Part shown: piece after piece, positions 11,286 through 21,210 of the stretch
Position numbering within the stretch: the first letter of the stretch is position 1
Layout: every line of letters begins with the position of its first letter
Source of the DNA: Podarcis erhardii
Lineage: Eukaryota
Length of the DNA: 64,000 bases
Reading direction: 5' to 3' (one strand)
NCBI GenBank assembly: GCA_964252035.1
Contig: OZ176203.1
Program-made: the position numbers and the translations under genes
The notes under the pieces: model-generated
Told to the model about the DNA's origin: nothing
The model's input: the letters and a program-made list of their open reading frames with translations, nothing else
The model's database searches: none

Positions 11286-13090
11286 CTCAGGAGAAGCACA
11301 AAGGTGCTTTTATGACTGCAATGTTCCACATGCTTAACTGAAAGGTAAATCTTACTGAACTGCATGAGATTCAGGGTGCTTCTAGGTGGGGACCTAGTAA
11401 TGCAAACAGGTATTTGACTCCTGGGTTTCCCACCCCCACCCCCCAAAAAGACTGAATATGGATTAAAACTGAGGGGCAGATATGGGGAGAGGGGAATATG
11501 ACAAAGATGTTGTGTGGTTGCAGCAAAAACAATGGCACACATGAGAATCGCTAAACCCACACTCTTGCTTATAAGTAAGATCGTGTTTATGTATAGGATT
11601 ATTTTCACACTTTGGCAAGAAAAAAAAGAAAAGAAAAGAAAAGCCATCACCCTTGTCTTCTAGTGAATGTAATAGGAATATTTGAAGCATGAACATGAGA
11701 AATGCAGAACAGGATTTGAGTTCCATGGAGCCTGATCCTATTCTTTCTTATGCAGAAGCAAATCCTACTGTGTTCAATGGGGCTAGGTCACAGATAAATG
11801 TGCAACAGAGTTGCAACCTTTTTGTTTTTGAATCCTTTTGGTGCTATCTGTGTGTATGTGTGAATACTGTTAATGTGGGGTAGAAACTAATGAAGACCAC
11901 AAATTTTAGACAGGTTATACCCTTGGGGGTGATGTTGTAATATTAGTAAGTCTGCTTGACTCATGTAGTGGTTTCCTAGGTTGAACAGGCTCTGTGCAGT
12001 TTAGATTTCAAGCATGACTGTTTATGGTACTAAAATCCATCAACCCCAACTTCTCATCATTTCCAAGGGTTATATCATTACTGTATTATTCTGGGTGCTA
12101 TTTCCATAACGTCACTAACATAGTTACTGGCAGGAGATTTCACATATAAATCTCCTGGGTCTGCACTCAAAATCACTGCTGTGGTCTGAAATTCTTATCC
12201 CATTCTTTAATATGCACTGCATGGTTTTAATTCTGATCTATTATTGTGGTTTCAATTGCTTTTTATGTAAATTCTTGACTTTATAATTGGGTTTGGAGTG
12301 AGATGGTTCTATATTTTTTATTGTTGTGACATTTCAATTTGTTAGTCACATTGGGTTTCTTTGAAAATTAAGCAGCACATACATTTTATTTTAAAAATAC
12401 ATGAACTGCAAGCTGTGTAAATAAATTGCTGTTTTTATCTACTATTTAACTGGCCCAATTATGACAAAAAAATTGATTAAAGTGTGTTATCTGGTAAGTA
12501 ATCTGCATGCAGGTATGGTTTCAAATGTGCACCTACAGAGGAAAGTTTTAAAAGCTTAGAGGACTCACAGAAATAGACACTCTCTCCAAATCTAGGTTCA
12601 AAAGCTGATGTTGGGAAGTCAAATGAAACTATCTTTAAGTGAAGAAATGGCTGGACATTTATAATATAAACACCGAAGTGTCTTGTAGCACCTAAAAGAT
12701 ACATCCATTTATCTCCGGTACACTTCCAAACACCAGGAACCACTTCATAGGATGCATTTGCATCTATTTGTGGACTCTGATCCACAAAAGCTTATGCCAG
12801 AATAAATTTGGCAGTCTTTAAGATGTCACAAGGGTATTTTGTTTTGCTTTTTTTTGTTTGTTTGTTTCTTTGCTGCAGCATACCTACTTAGAGATTGGGT
12901 TGGCATGCAACAACGCTCTCCTAAATTATTTGCATTGCACATTTGACCGTAATGTGTATGGTTCACTTTCTTACAATGTTTAAAAAGATTTGGAAAACAT
13001 GGGCAAAAGGAAATAATGGTATTATTTGGTTTTCATTTTTTCCTTGCCAAGGCATTTTAAATACTGTATGTAAGTTAATTTTATTTAAAT

Positions 13091-13361
13091 CAGTTACAGA
13101 TAGGTAGCCGTGTTGGTCTGCCATAGTCAAAACAAAATAAAAAAATTCCTTCCAGTAGCACCTTAAAGACCAACTAAGTTAGTTCTAGGTATGAGCTTTC
13201 GTGTGCATGCACACTTCTTCAGATACACTGAAACAGAAGTTTCAGTGTATCTTCTGTTTCAGTGTATCTGAAGAAGTGTGCATGCACACAAAAGCTCATA
13301 CCTAGAACTAACTTAGTTGGTCTTTAAGGTGCTACTGGAAGGATTTTTTTTATTTTGTTTT
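13091..13361. mobile_element. Penelope-like element terminus in fold-back (inverted) arrangement
   Basis: Arms about 13129-13239 and 13251-13361 are near-perfect reverse complements; left arm identical to the Penelope end starting at 16195. Confidence 0.9.
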
Positions 13362-15044
13362 TATTTTAATCAGTGTAGGTTATTTATTTGCAGCTTGTTC
13401 AGTATGAGAAGGTGGGCTTCGTTCCTAGAAGGCGGTGTAGAGGGTTCGAGTTTACAACACTTTCGATGTGTTAATATATATTTTTCGACTGGTCCTACCA
13501 ATAAACATCATTAGAACCATGCTGCAGATGTGCTTTAAGTTCCACTGTCATTAACAAGTCATTGTCTGCAATCACAGGGCAATAAATCCCTCTGGAATCA
13601 GTGGTGATTGTAAACGCATTTTAGTGGGACAAGCCAATGAATGGAAAGAAACTGCTTAGCATGATGCAGTTTACAACCCCCTCTCCAAATAAATCTGTTG
13701 GAGGGTCAGTTGTGGTGCTTAATCTGTGCCTTCATCTATGCTGAAGGGGAAAGGTTGCAGTGCAGTCCCAGATTCAATCTCTGGGATCTCCAAGATGGGC
13801 TGACCTGACAAGAGATCCCAGCCTCAAAGCCTGGAGAGCTGACAACACTGGATCACCACTGCATTAGCAGGCAGCTTCCAGTGTCCTTTGTTCAACCTTA
13901 ATATGTGTAAATAAGCACAGATGTAAAGATCTAATAATTTTCTTCTGAGGGGAACCTAACCTGGGTGTTGCAGCCAGGAGTTTTGCACTGCTTGGAGAAA
14001 GGGATTGATCATGTTTTGACACTGAGCCAATCCAAAAGTTCTAAAGGTGGGGATTAATCTATTAGTGCTCATTCACACATGCGCATCACCGCTTGGTGCA
14101 AAAGATAGTCAACGTGTCAAGCACTGTGTGTGTGTGCCTGTCATATGAAGGAGAACAAAATGTGTTAGGGTTTTGAGATTCTAGAAATACATTCTGCAAT
14201 AACACAAATCACATTGCTTGCTTTTCTTTCTCACTTCTGACATCCTGTTAATCCCTCTCCCTTTATTGTGCCAGCTCTCTTGAGGGAACGTTTTGCCACT
14301 GAGATACTGACTAGATTTAGTTTCCATTGACCTTAAAGGCATTAACTACCCACTGCTCATTTTGTTTTTCTTTTGAGAAGTAGTTTGCTTGCCCCATTGT
14401 TCCTTGTTATTCTTCTCCCAGATGCTTCCTTCCTTGATGCTGAAGCTGAAATGCCTATCTTCCTTTAAGTTTCCACCCACAACACATCCTTTTCTTAACA
14501 ATTATCTCATTTCCTTTTGATAATAAGTCTGTTCCTTAATCATATTTAATCCTTGTCAGTAGCTGGCATAACATAATGATTAAGAGACTGAATTACAGAT
14601 TGAGATACATCAAGTTTCACCACTGCCATGTGCTCACTTGGTGATCTTAAACCAGCCTGTAGTATTGTGGAGGAGTTTTAATACTGGTTTACCATAGATA
14701 GCTGCTGTAAGCACTACAACTAGAACATGAACACGAAGAGCTCAGAATGTATGAAAGCGCTACACATTTTGTGCAGTGTTTTGTGATTTAGAATACAGGG
14801 CTTAATTGGAGCCCAGGGGTTTTCTGAGTCTCATCACCAGAATAACTTCTTCCAATGCTAGGGCCTGGAGTTGAACATGAGAAGTAACAATGTGAAAAAA
14901 TACTTTCCCTGATAAAATTGACAGTCTCCAACTGCCTACTCAATCCCAAAATTTACAATCTCAATCTGCTGACTCAGTTCATATATCTACCAACTCCATC
15001 TTCTGACTTAGGCTGAATAAACATCATACATGTAAAGCACATTA

Positions 15045-15423
15045 TTATTATTATTATTATTATTTATTAAATTTGTATTCCACCTTCATCCAAAGATAAG
15101 AGGGCAGTTCACAACATAAAAAATACAAAATGAGAACACAAAATTCAAAATACATAATAACAACGAGAACAAAAGCAAACCAATAGCCCTTAGCATGCTA
15201 ATCAGCCAAAGGCCTGGTTCTGGAGAAACGTTTCCGCCTGGTGCCTAAAGATATGTAATGAAGGCACCAGACAAGATTCCCTAGGGAGAGCATTCCACAA
15301 ACAGGGGGCCCTGCAGAAAGGCTTGTACTTGTGTTGCCACCCTCTGGACCAATCATGAAGGAGGTCCTCAGATGATTATTGCAGAGTCCAAGTTGATTCA
15401 TATGGAGAGAGGCTGTCCTTGAG
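15045..15423 (-). mobile_element. L2-type LINE 3' fragment
   Basis: (TTA)n tail plus aaaggcctgg...gcctggtgcctaaaga...gagagcattccac motif shared with the 49432 copy. Confidence 0.7.
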
Positions 15424-15727
15424 GCACATGACTTCAAAGCACATGACTTTCCCCAAAGAACCATGGGAACTGTAGTTTACACCAGAGAGCTATAACTCCC
15501 AGCACCCTGAACATGCTACAATTCCCGGGATTCTTTGTGGAAATTGATATGCATCCGATGCATATTAAATGCATGGTATGTATGCAGCATAGTTCCAATC
15601 ACTTAGCTAAATCGTAGCTCTCTGTGGTGTGTTCTAAAAATAGTGGTTTAGAAAGCTTCCACACAAGGTTAGCAGGCTGGACTGCCACTGGCCCTCCTGA
15701 AATTTAAGAATCAAAACCCACTGCATT

Positions 15728-15864
15728 AGGGATAACCAATGTTGTGCCCTACAGATGCTGTAGGACTGCAACTCCCTTCATCCCTGACCACTGGCCGTGC
15801 TTACTGAGGCTGATGGGAGTTGGAAGTCCAACAACATTTGGGTAGCACCACATTGCCAGCTCCT
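15728..15864. mobile_element. Short palindromic hAT-type MITE (about 135 bp family)
   Basis: caactccc...gggagttg internal inverted symmetry; same family at 24735, 35399, 44455, 59385. Ends approximate. Confidence 0.55.
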
Positions 15865-16472
15865 GCATTGCATGATAAGCTCCTCTACCAAATTTCTACT
15901 CTATGCAAGGAGAAGAAGTTTAATAAAAAACAACAACAACACAGCCCTGTTTCCTCTTTATCTGTTGATGGGGCATTCTCAGATTTTACAGTCGTCATTT
16001 CATAAACAGAAAACACTTCTGCTAGGAAATCCCATGAAACCAATGAGGATCACATGTAATCATTTTGAATGTTTGTACATCACGGCACAGAAATATACAT
16101 GCACTGGGAAACTAAAGCCTGTCATAGCTTCCCAGGTTGTACATGCTGCAAAACACCAATGAGGTCAAGTCTCATTAGTGACAGTCCATAGGTGAAAACA
16201 AAATAAAAAAATTCCTTCCAGTAGCACCTTAAAGACCAACTAAGTTAGTTCTAGGTATGAGCTTTCGTGTGCATGCACACTTCTTCAGATACACTGAAAC
16301 AGAAGTCACCAGACCCTTCTAAATAGTGGGAAGGTGGGGAGGGGTATTACTCAGAAGGGTGGTGGGAATGGGTGATTGGCAGATAGCTGTGATGAGCCTG
16401 TTGACGACTCTTAACGACTGCAATAGGTCTTACAGGAAAAAGCAAGGGGTGAGAAGGTGAAAAATGGCTTTG

Positions 16473-16791
16473 TCATGTATAATGAGATAAGAATCCAATG
16501 TCTTTGTTAAGACCAGGTCTCTCCATGGTTTTAAGTTTGGTAATAAGTTGCAATTCAGCAGCTTCTCTTTCCAGTCTATTTCTGAAATTCCTTTGTAATA
16601 GAACAGCTACTTTGAGATCTTGTATAGAATGTCCTGGGAGATTGAAATGTTCTCCTACTGGTTTCTCTGTCTTGTGATTCCTGATGTCAGATTTATGTCC
16701 GTTTATCCTTTGGCGTAAGGTTTGGGCTGTTTGTCCAATATAGAGAGCTGAAGGACACTGTTGGCATTTGATGGCATACACAATGTTAGAC
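16473..16791 (-). pseudogene. Penelope GIY-YIG endonuclease C-terminal portion
   Basis: SNIVYAIKCQQCPSALYIGQT...RINGHKSDI...HFNLPGH...ERE...GLN*, no internal stops. Confidence 0.92.
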
Positions 16792-16869
16792 CAGTGTTTC
16801 CCAACCGGTGTTCCGCAGCACACTAGTGTGCCGCGACACGTTGCCTCGTGTGCCGCTTGGGAAACACTG

Positions 16870-17105
16870 CTCTAAGCGAGAGGGGACTCTGCTCAGGCTG
16901 CATCCGCCGTGCGCGAGGGAGGCGCTTCCTCTCGTGAGGGAGGCGAGAAGAAGGGAGGCGGGGCCGAGCAGGCGGATTGGCCCGGCGGCGGCCGTGACGT
17001 CACCCTGCGCGCGGCGGCAGATTCGAAACTCCTCAGGCGCAGGCGCGGCTGGAGCAGGAAGGCCGCTCTGCTTGAGAGGAAAGAGAGGGAGCCGCCGCCG
17101 CCCGG
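16870..17105 (+). promoter_or_regulatory. Captured CpG-rich cell-cycle-type promoter/5'UTR (CENPW-derived)
   Basis: GC box 16953-16965, ATTGG 16976-16980, TGACGTCA 16995-17002, GGCGG-caga-TTCGAA (CDE/CHR spacing) 17013-17027, NRF1-like 17037-17047; no ATG before 17106. Confidence 0.75.
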
Positions 17106-17168
17106 ATGAAGAACACCGTTCCGCGGAGCACCGTGAAGAAGCTGCTGAGCAAGCACAAGCCGCACTTG
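17106..17168 (+). pseudogene. CENPW: Captured N-terminal fragment of centromere protein W
   Basis: MKNTVPRSTVKKLLSKHKPHL aligns to recalled chicken CENP-W MRRTVPRGTLRKIIKKHKPHL; similarity stops abruptly after HL. Confidence 0.85.
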
Positions 17169-18068
17169 CCTCAGGGTCTTACTGCCCACCCGCCTCTGTT
17201 TCCTTGCTGTGCTTGCTCAAACGGAACAAAGAGCAGGGAAAGCCCCTCCCCTCCAGGCAAGCAGGCAGGAGGGAGAGAGAGAGAGAGAGAGAGAGAGCGT
17301 GCGAGCTGGCTGGCTTGGGTGAGTAGGTGAGGGAAAACTTTTGCCTTCCTTTCCTCCCTCCCCGTTATACCCCTCTCCTGCATTCTTAGCCAGCTGCTTC
17401 TCTGCACACCCCTCTCGTGCTCCTTGTCCGTTCTGTGTTTTTCCTTCCCTCCCCACTTAAAATGTGGTTTAAAAGCATGGATCCACATGGATCCTCAGGA
17501 TCTTTGCATTGGGTCACCCCAAATTCACCATCAGATCACATAGCATGTCCATGGCTACAGCCTGCCCCCCCAAAATCACACACCCACTGTTGCCTGGGGC
17601 TGCAATGGTGCAAAAACGTGGTTACAAAACATGGATCCACAGGGATTCTCAGGATTTTTGCATTGGGTCACCCCAAATTCACCATCAGATCACATGTCTG
17701 TGGCCACAGCATGAAGCACAAAAATGATACATCATTAATATTCACTGCCCACGGCGGCAGCCAATCGGCTGCCGCAAAGGGCGGGCCCTCACAGGTTCAC
17801 TGAATAAAGTATTTTATAATTTTTCATATTTCTGTTTACTTACTATTTCATAATAAAGTAATTATAAAATACTTTATTTGTGTTTATTTGATTCCTATTA
17901 AAGAGAGTTACTTTATATATAGTCAATATAGGCACAGAGTTAATTTTTTAAACATTTTCTAATGGTGGTGTGCCTCGAGATTTTTTTCATGAAACAAGTG
18001 TGCCTTTGCCCAAAAAAGGTTGGGAAACACTGTGTTAGACGATGAGCAATTAAATAGTCCCGAGATGG

Positions 18069-19905
18069 ACTTCCGGGTTGACGCGATCGGATTAATGGCG
18101 GATTCCCTCCGAGCTCCGGGGGGAATCGGCTCCGCTGAGAACGGGTCTTGCCGCGCCGGCGACGCGGGGACCCTTAGAAACCACAGGTGCGGATACCTGT
18201 GGACCTGGTGACTCGGTGGGCACCTTAAGCGCCCTCCTCGACAGTCAAAGAGCCTTTTTAAAGGCTGCGGAGAAGGTACGAGGAGTGGCGTGGTGCTGAG
18301 AGTAGACCGCTACCTCAGTGGAGTGAAGCCGCAAGCCATTGCCGGAGAGCGTCAACTTTCTTCCCGAAATTTGGACCGAAAGTAAACACCCCGTGAGTAA
18401 AGGAAATTCGATCTTTAAAAGAAATTTTATCCCTAATCTGGCGACCGGGGGGGACGTGCTAAAGGGAAGTCCGCACCCCCCCTCATACAGACAATTTAAA
18501 GCAAGGAGCGAAAGCCTAAGATCAGAGAGGAATAATCTCGTGTCTTTCGGAGATTGACAGAGACTTTATCAATTTACGTGAACAAGTCGTTTTTTTTTTC
18601 TAAGCTGTGCTGGAGGAAAGAGGAGAGTTTCAGAAAATTTCTGTGTACCCCCCCCCCCGAACCCGGGAGTACCCTGTAACAGCCTAGCGCGAAAGAACAG
18701 AGTTTTGACAGCTGTCAAGTGAGCTGTCAAACGGCAGGACTAAGAGAACTGTATTACTTTATATCTTTTGGATTTACAAAGTGTTTTATTCAACTAGAAG
18801 TGGTTGGAAACAAAGTAAATAACGAGCTAAAAAGACTGTTGGTACAGAACTTTAACAATGGCAATCCCTCTAGAGGGGACTGGAGACATTACAATGGCTG
18901 CAGAAGGAAAACTACTAGCAGAAATAGAAAGAGCCTTCTTTCTCGTGGGAACTTTACAAGAGCAAGCTATGATTATGGATAAACAGTTGATGACCTTGAT
19001 CTCTAAGACAAGTAATCCTGCTGATGGAAGGAAGGAATTGACTCTGGAAGATTCTGCAGCTGAACCAGAAAAGATATCTTTGGAGTTGGAGGAAAAACAG
19101 GTCGAAGGGGAGAAAGTACAGTTGTTAAACTTCTTACAGGACTCTTTGCAGCCAAGGAACAGAGAAGCCCTTTGGACTACAAGTCATGGAGAGAGAGAAG
19201 CAAGGGAGGAAGCCGCTGGACACAATAAAAGATGGGAAATTAAAAAAACAAAGAAATACAACTGGGGCTTCCTCCTCTTTTCTGGAATTGATGACTTGGG
19301 ACTTTGGGGACCTTTGGCAGAACCTTGGCACCAAGTCCTTCTAATTAGGATTGATCTGAGAAAGGATGAAGAGACCTCCCGAGACTTGAAGACCAATAAA
19401 ATGGATTACCAACAGAACAGGCAGGGAGAGACTGAAATAGACTTAAAGGCCTCTGACGTGAGAAATCCGGGCTAGGGATTTTAGAAGAGGACAGTTATTT
19501 TGGAAGGGACAGATACCTGGGCAGGGAGGGAAGGGGAAAAAGTAGAATTTAAAATTTTAGGATTTTTGGGTCTTTTTTTTATAATGTTGACTCATATTTT
19601 AATAAAAAAAGGGTAATTTTTGGTATAAGAATTTTGATTGATCTTAGAATAAGGATCTAATGTATATAAGTAAAAGATTATTGAATTGGGCCTAACAAAA
19701 AGAATCAAATTTAAACATAATAAGAATAGGATTGGGGAAGGAAATAAGAACTTGCTGAATTTAATATGGAAATTGGGATGTATGGGGGGGGGCGGGGGAA
19801 GTCAGGGAAAGAGGGTTATGAAAGCAAAGATATGAAACCATTTATATGTTTGTGTGTGTGTTGTCATAAAATGTGAAAATCCAATAATTTAAAAAAAAAA
19901 AAAAA
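18069..19905 (+). mobile_element. 1837-bp L1-related non-autonomous element (half-L1-like)
   Basis: 18-bp TSD taaatagtcccgagatgg (18051-18068, 19906-19923); (gg)acttccgg CpG-rich 5' end as in squamate L1s; one ORF; polyA at 19891-19905; no RT/EN. Confidence 0.8.
18858..19475 (+). CDS. 205-codon open ORF of the half-L1-like element (second ATG at 18894); putative ORF1 derivative
   Basis: Uninterrupted ORF, Glu/Lys-rich and helical-looking N-terminal half; I recognise no domain. Confidence 0.5.
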   Translation: MAIPLEGTGDITMAAEGKLLAEIERAFFLVGTLQEQAMIMDKQLMTLISKTSNPADGRKELTLEDSAAEPEKISLELEEKQVEGEKVQLLNFLQDSLQPRNREALWTTSHGEREAREEAAGHNKRWEIKKTKKYNWGFLLFSGIDDLGLWGPLAEPWHQVLLIRIDLRKDEETSRDLKTNKMDYQQNRQGETEIDLKASDVRNPG

Positions 19906-20748
19906 TAAATAGTCCCGAGATGGTATGTGTGATGTTGTTGGGGCCAGTAATGGTGTTGTCCGGGTGTATGTGGCAGCAAAGTTGGCATCTGGGTTTATTG
20001 CAGGCTCTGGTGCCAGTGTCCGTGTTAAGTCTGGTAGTAGTATTATTGTGGGTTAGGAGTTGTTTAAGATTGGGTGGCTGTCTGTAGGCAATGAAAGGTC
20101 TTCCTCCCAGAGCTTGAGAAAGAGAACTGTCATTGTCCAGGAGAGGTTGTAGATCTCTGATGATGCGTTGTACTGTTTTAACTTGGGAGCTGTATGTGAT
20201 GACTAGAGGTGTTCTGTTATTTTCTTTTTTGGGTCTGTCTTGCAGCAAGTTCTCTCTGGGTATCAGTCTGGCTCTGTTGATCTGTTGTCTAACTTCATCT
20301 GCTGGGTATTTTAGTTCTAAAAAGGTTTGCTGTAGATCTCTTAGGTGAGAGTCTCTGTCTGTAGAATTGGAACAGATGCGGCTGTAACGTAGTGCCTGGC
20401 TATATACAATGGACTGTTTGGTATGTTTGGGATGGTAGCTAGAGGCATGTAGATATGTTTGTCGGTCAGTTGGTTTACAGTATAAGGTGGTGTCTATGCG
20501 CCTATCCTGTATTTTTATAGTAGTGTCCAAAAAATGTATTTCTTGCATAGATTGATTCATTGTTAGGTTGATTGTGGGGTGAAAATCATTGAATTTCTGG
20601 TGGAAGGTGTCCAGGGTCTGTTGACCATGTGTCCAGATGATAAAAATATCGTCAATGTATCGCAGGTACAAGAGAGGTTTGAGTGGGTAGGAGTTTAGGA
20701 AACGTTGTTCTAAATCTGCCATGAAGATGTTGGCATACTGTGGGGCCA
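19906..20748 (-). pseudogene. Penelope reverse transcriptase C-terminal portion and linker
   Basis: APQYANIFM...YLRYIDDIFIIW...FLD...LYCKPTD...SSYHP...RICS; no stops; joins in frame to the GIY-YIG part once inserts are removed. Confidence 0.93.
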
Positions 20749-21128
20749 ACAGGAATTTTTTTATTTTGTTTTGACTATGGCAGACCAACACGGCTACCTA
20801 TCTATAACTAGTCCATAGGTGGATTTCAACTTCCCCACTATTTAAAGAAATGGGTAAAGTACGGTATGTACAATGTGAAGTAGCCTTCAGGCCAATGACC
20901 TGCCATTTGTTAGTTCTTAGCTAGACATGGAAAAGCTTCACTGCTTGTCTTGGGGAGTTTTGTCTGCTATGGCAACATTTTGAAAATCCCCTGATATGGT
21001 TGCAGTGGAACAACAGCCTCTTTCTTCATTATGCACCTGGGCTATACCCAAAATCCAAATAGTAGAGCATTGCGGTGGCAAAAAAGGCTATTGTGTATCT
21101 GTAACACATCTCTTTTTTCTATTCCTAG

Positions 21129-21210
21129 TTAAATGAAGGTCTCTGTTCCCCATGGACGTTCCAGGGCCTGACTCTGTGCATCATATGTATTGTTCTCTGT
21201 AGGATAAAGG
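21129..21210 (+). CDS. CD200: CD200 exon 2 (signal peptide)
   Basis: tcttttttctattcctag| 82 nt |gtaagt, phase 0 to 1; LNEGLCSPWTFQGLTLCIICIVLCRIKG. Confidence 0.88.

Larger units (their letters stand above)
16792..18032. mobile_element. 1241-bp non-autonomous hAT (Charlie-type) element carrying captured host DNA (Pack-type)
   Basis: Perfect 15-bp TIRs cagtgtttcccaacc / ggttgggaaacactg; 8-bp TSD tgttagac (16784-16791, 18033-18040); extra internal TIR at 16857-16869. Confidence 0.93.
16195..20809 (-). mobile_element. Penelope-like element (5'-truncated, inverted terminal piece) hosting two nested insertions
   Basis: 12-bp TSD agtccataggtg (16183-16194, 20810-20821); RT (YIDD) and GIY-YIG coding parts; inverted copy of the terminus at 20751-20809. 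Confidence 0.93.

Noticed and set aside
12879-13470. Acceptors at about 12879 and 13394 as CD200 exon 2 candidates
   Set aside because: No hydrophobic signal segment or matching phase-1 donor; 21129-21210 fits fully.
16808-17488. Several overlapping GC-rich ORFs (e.g. 16808-17326, 16893-17189, 17171-17488)
   Set aside because: Stop-poor GC-rich sequence; only the frame from 17106 shows homology.
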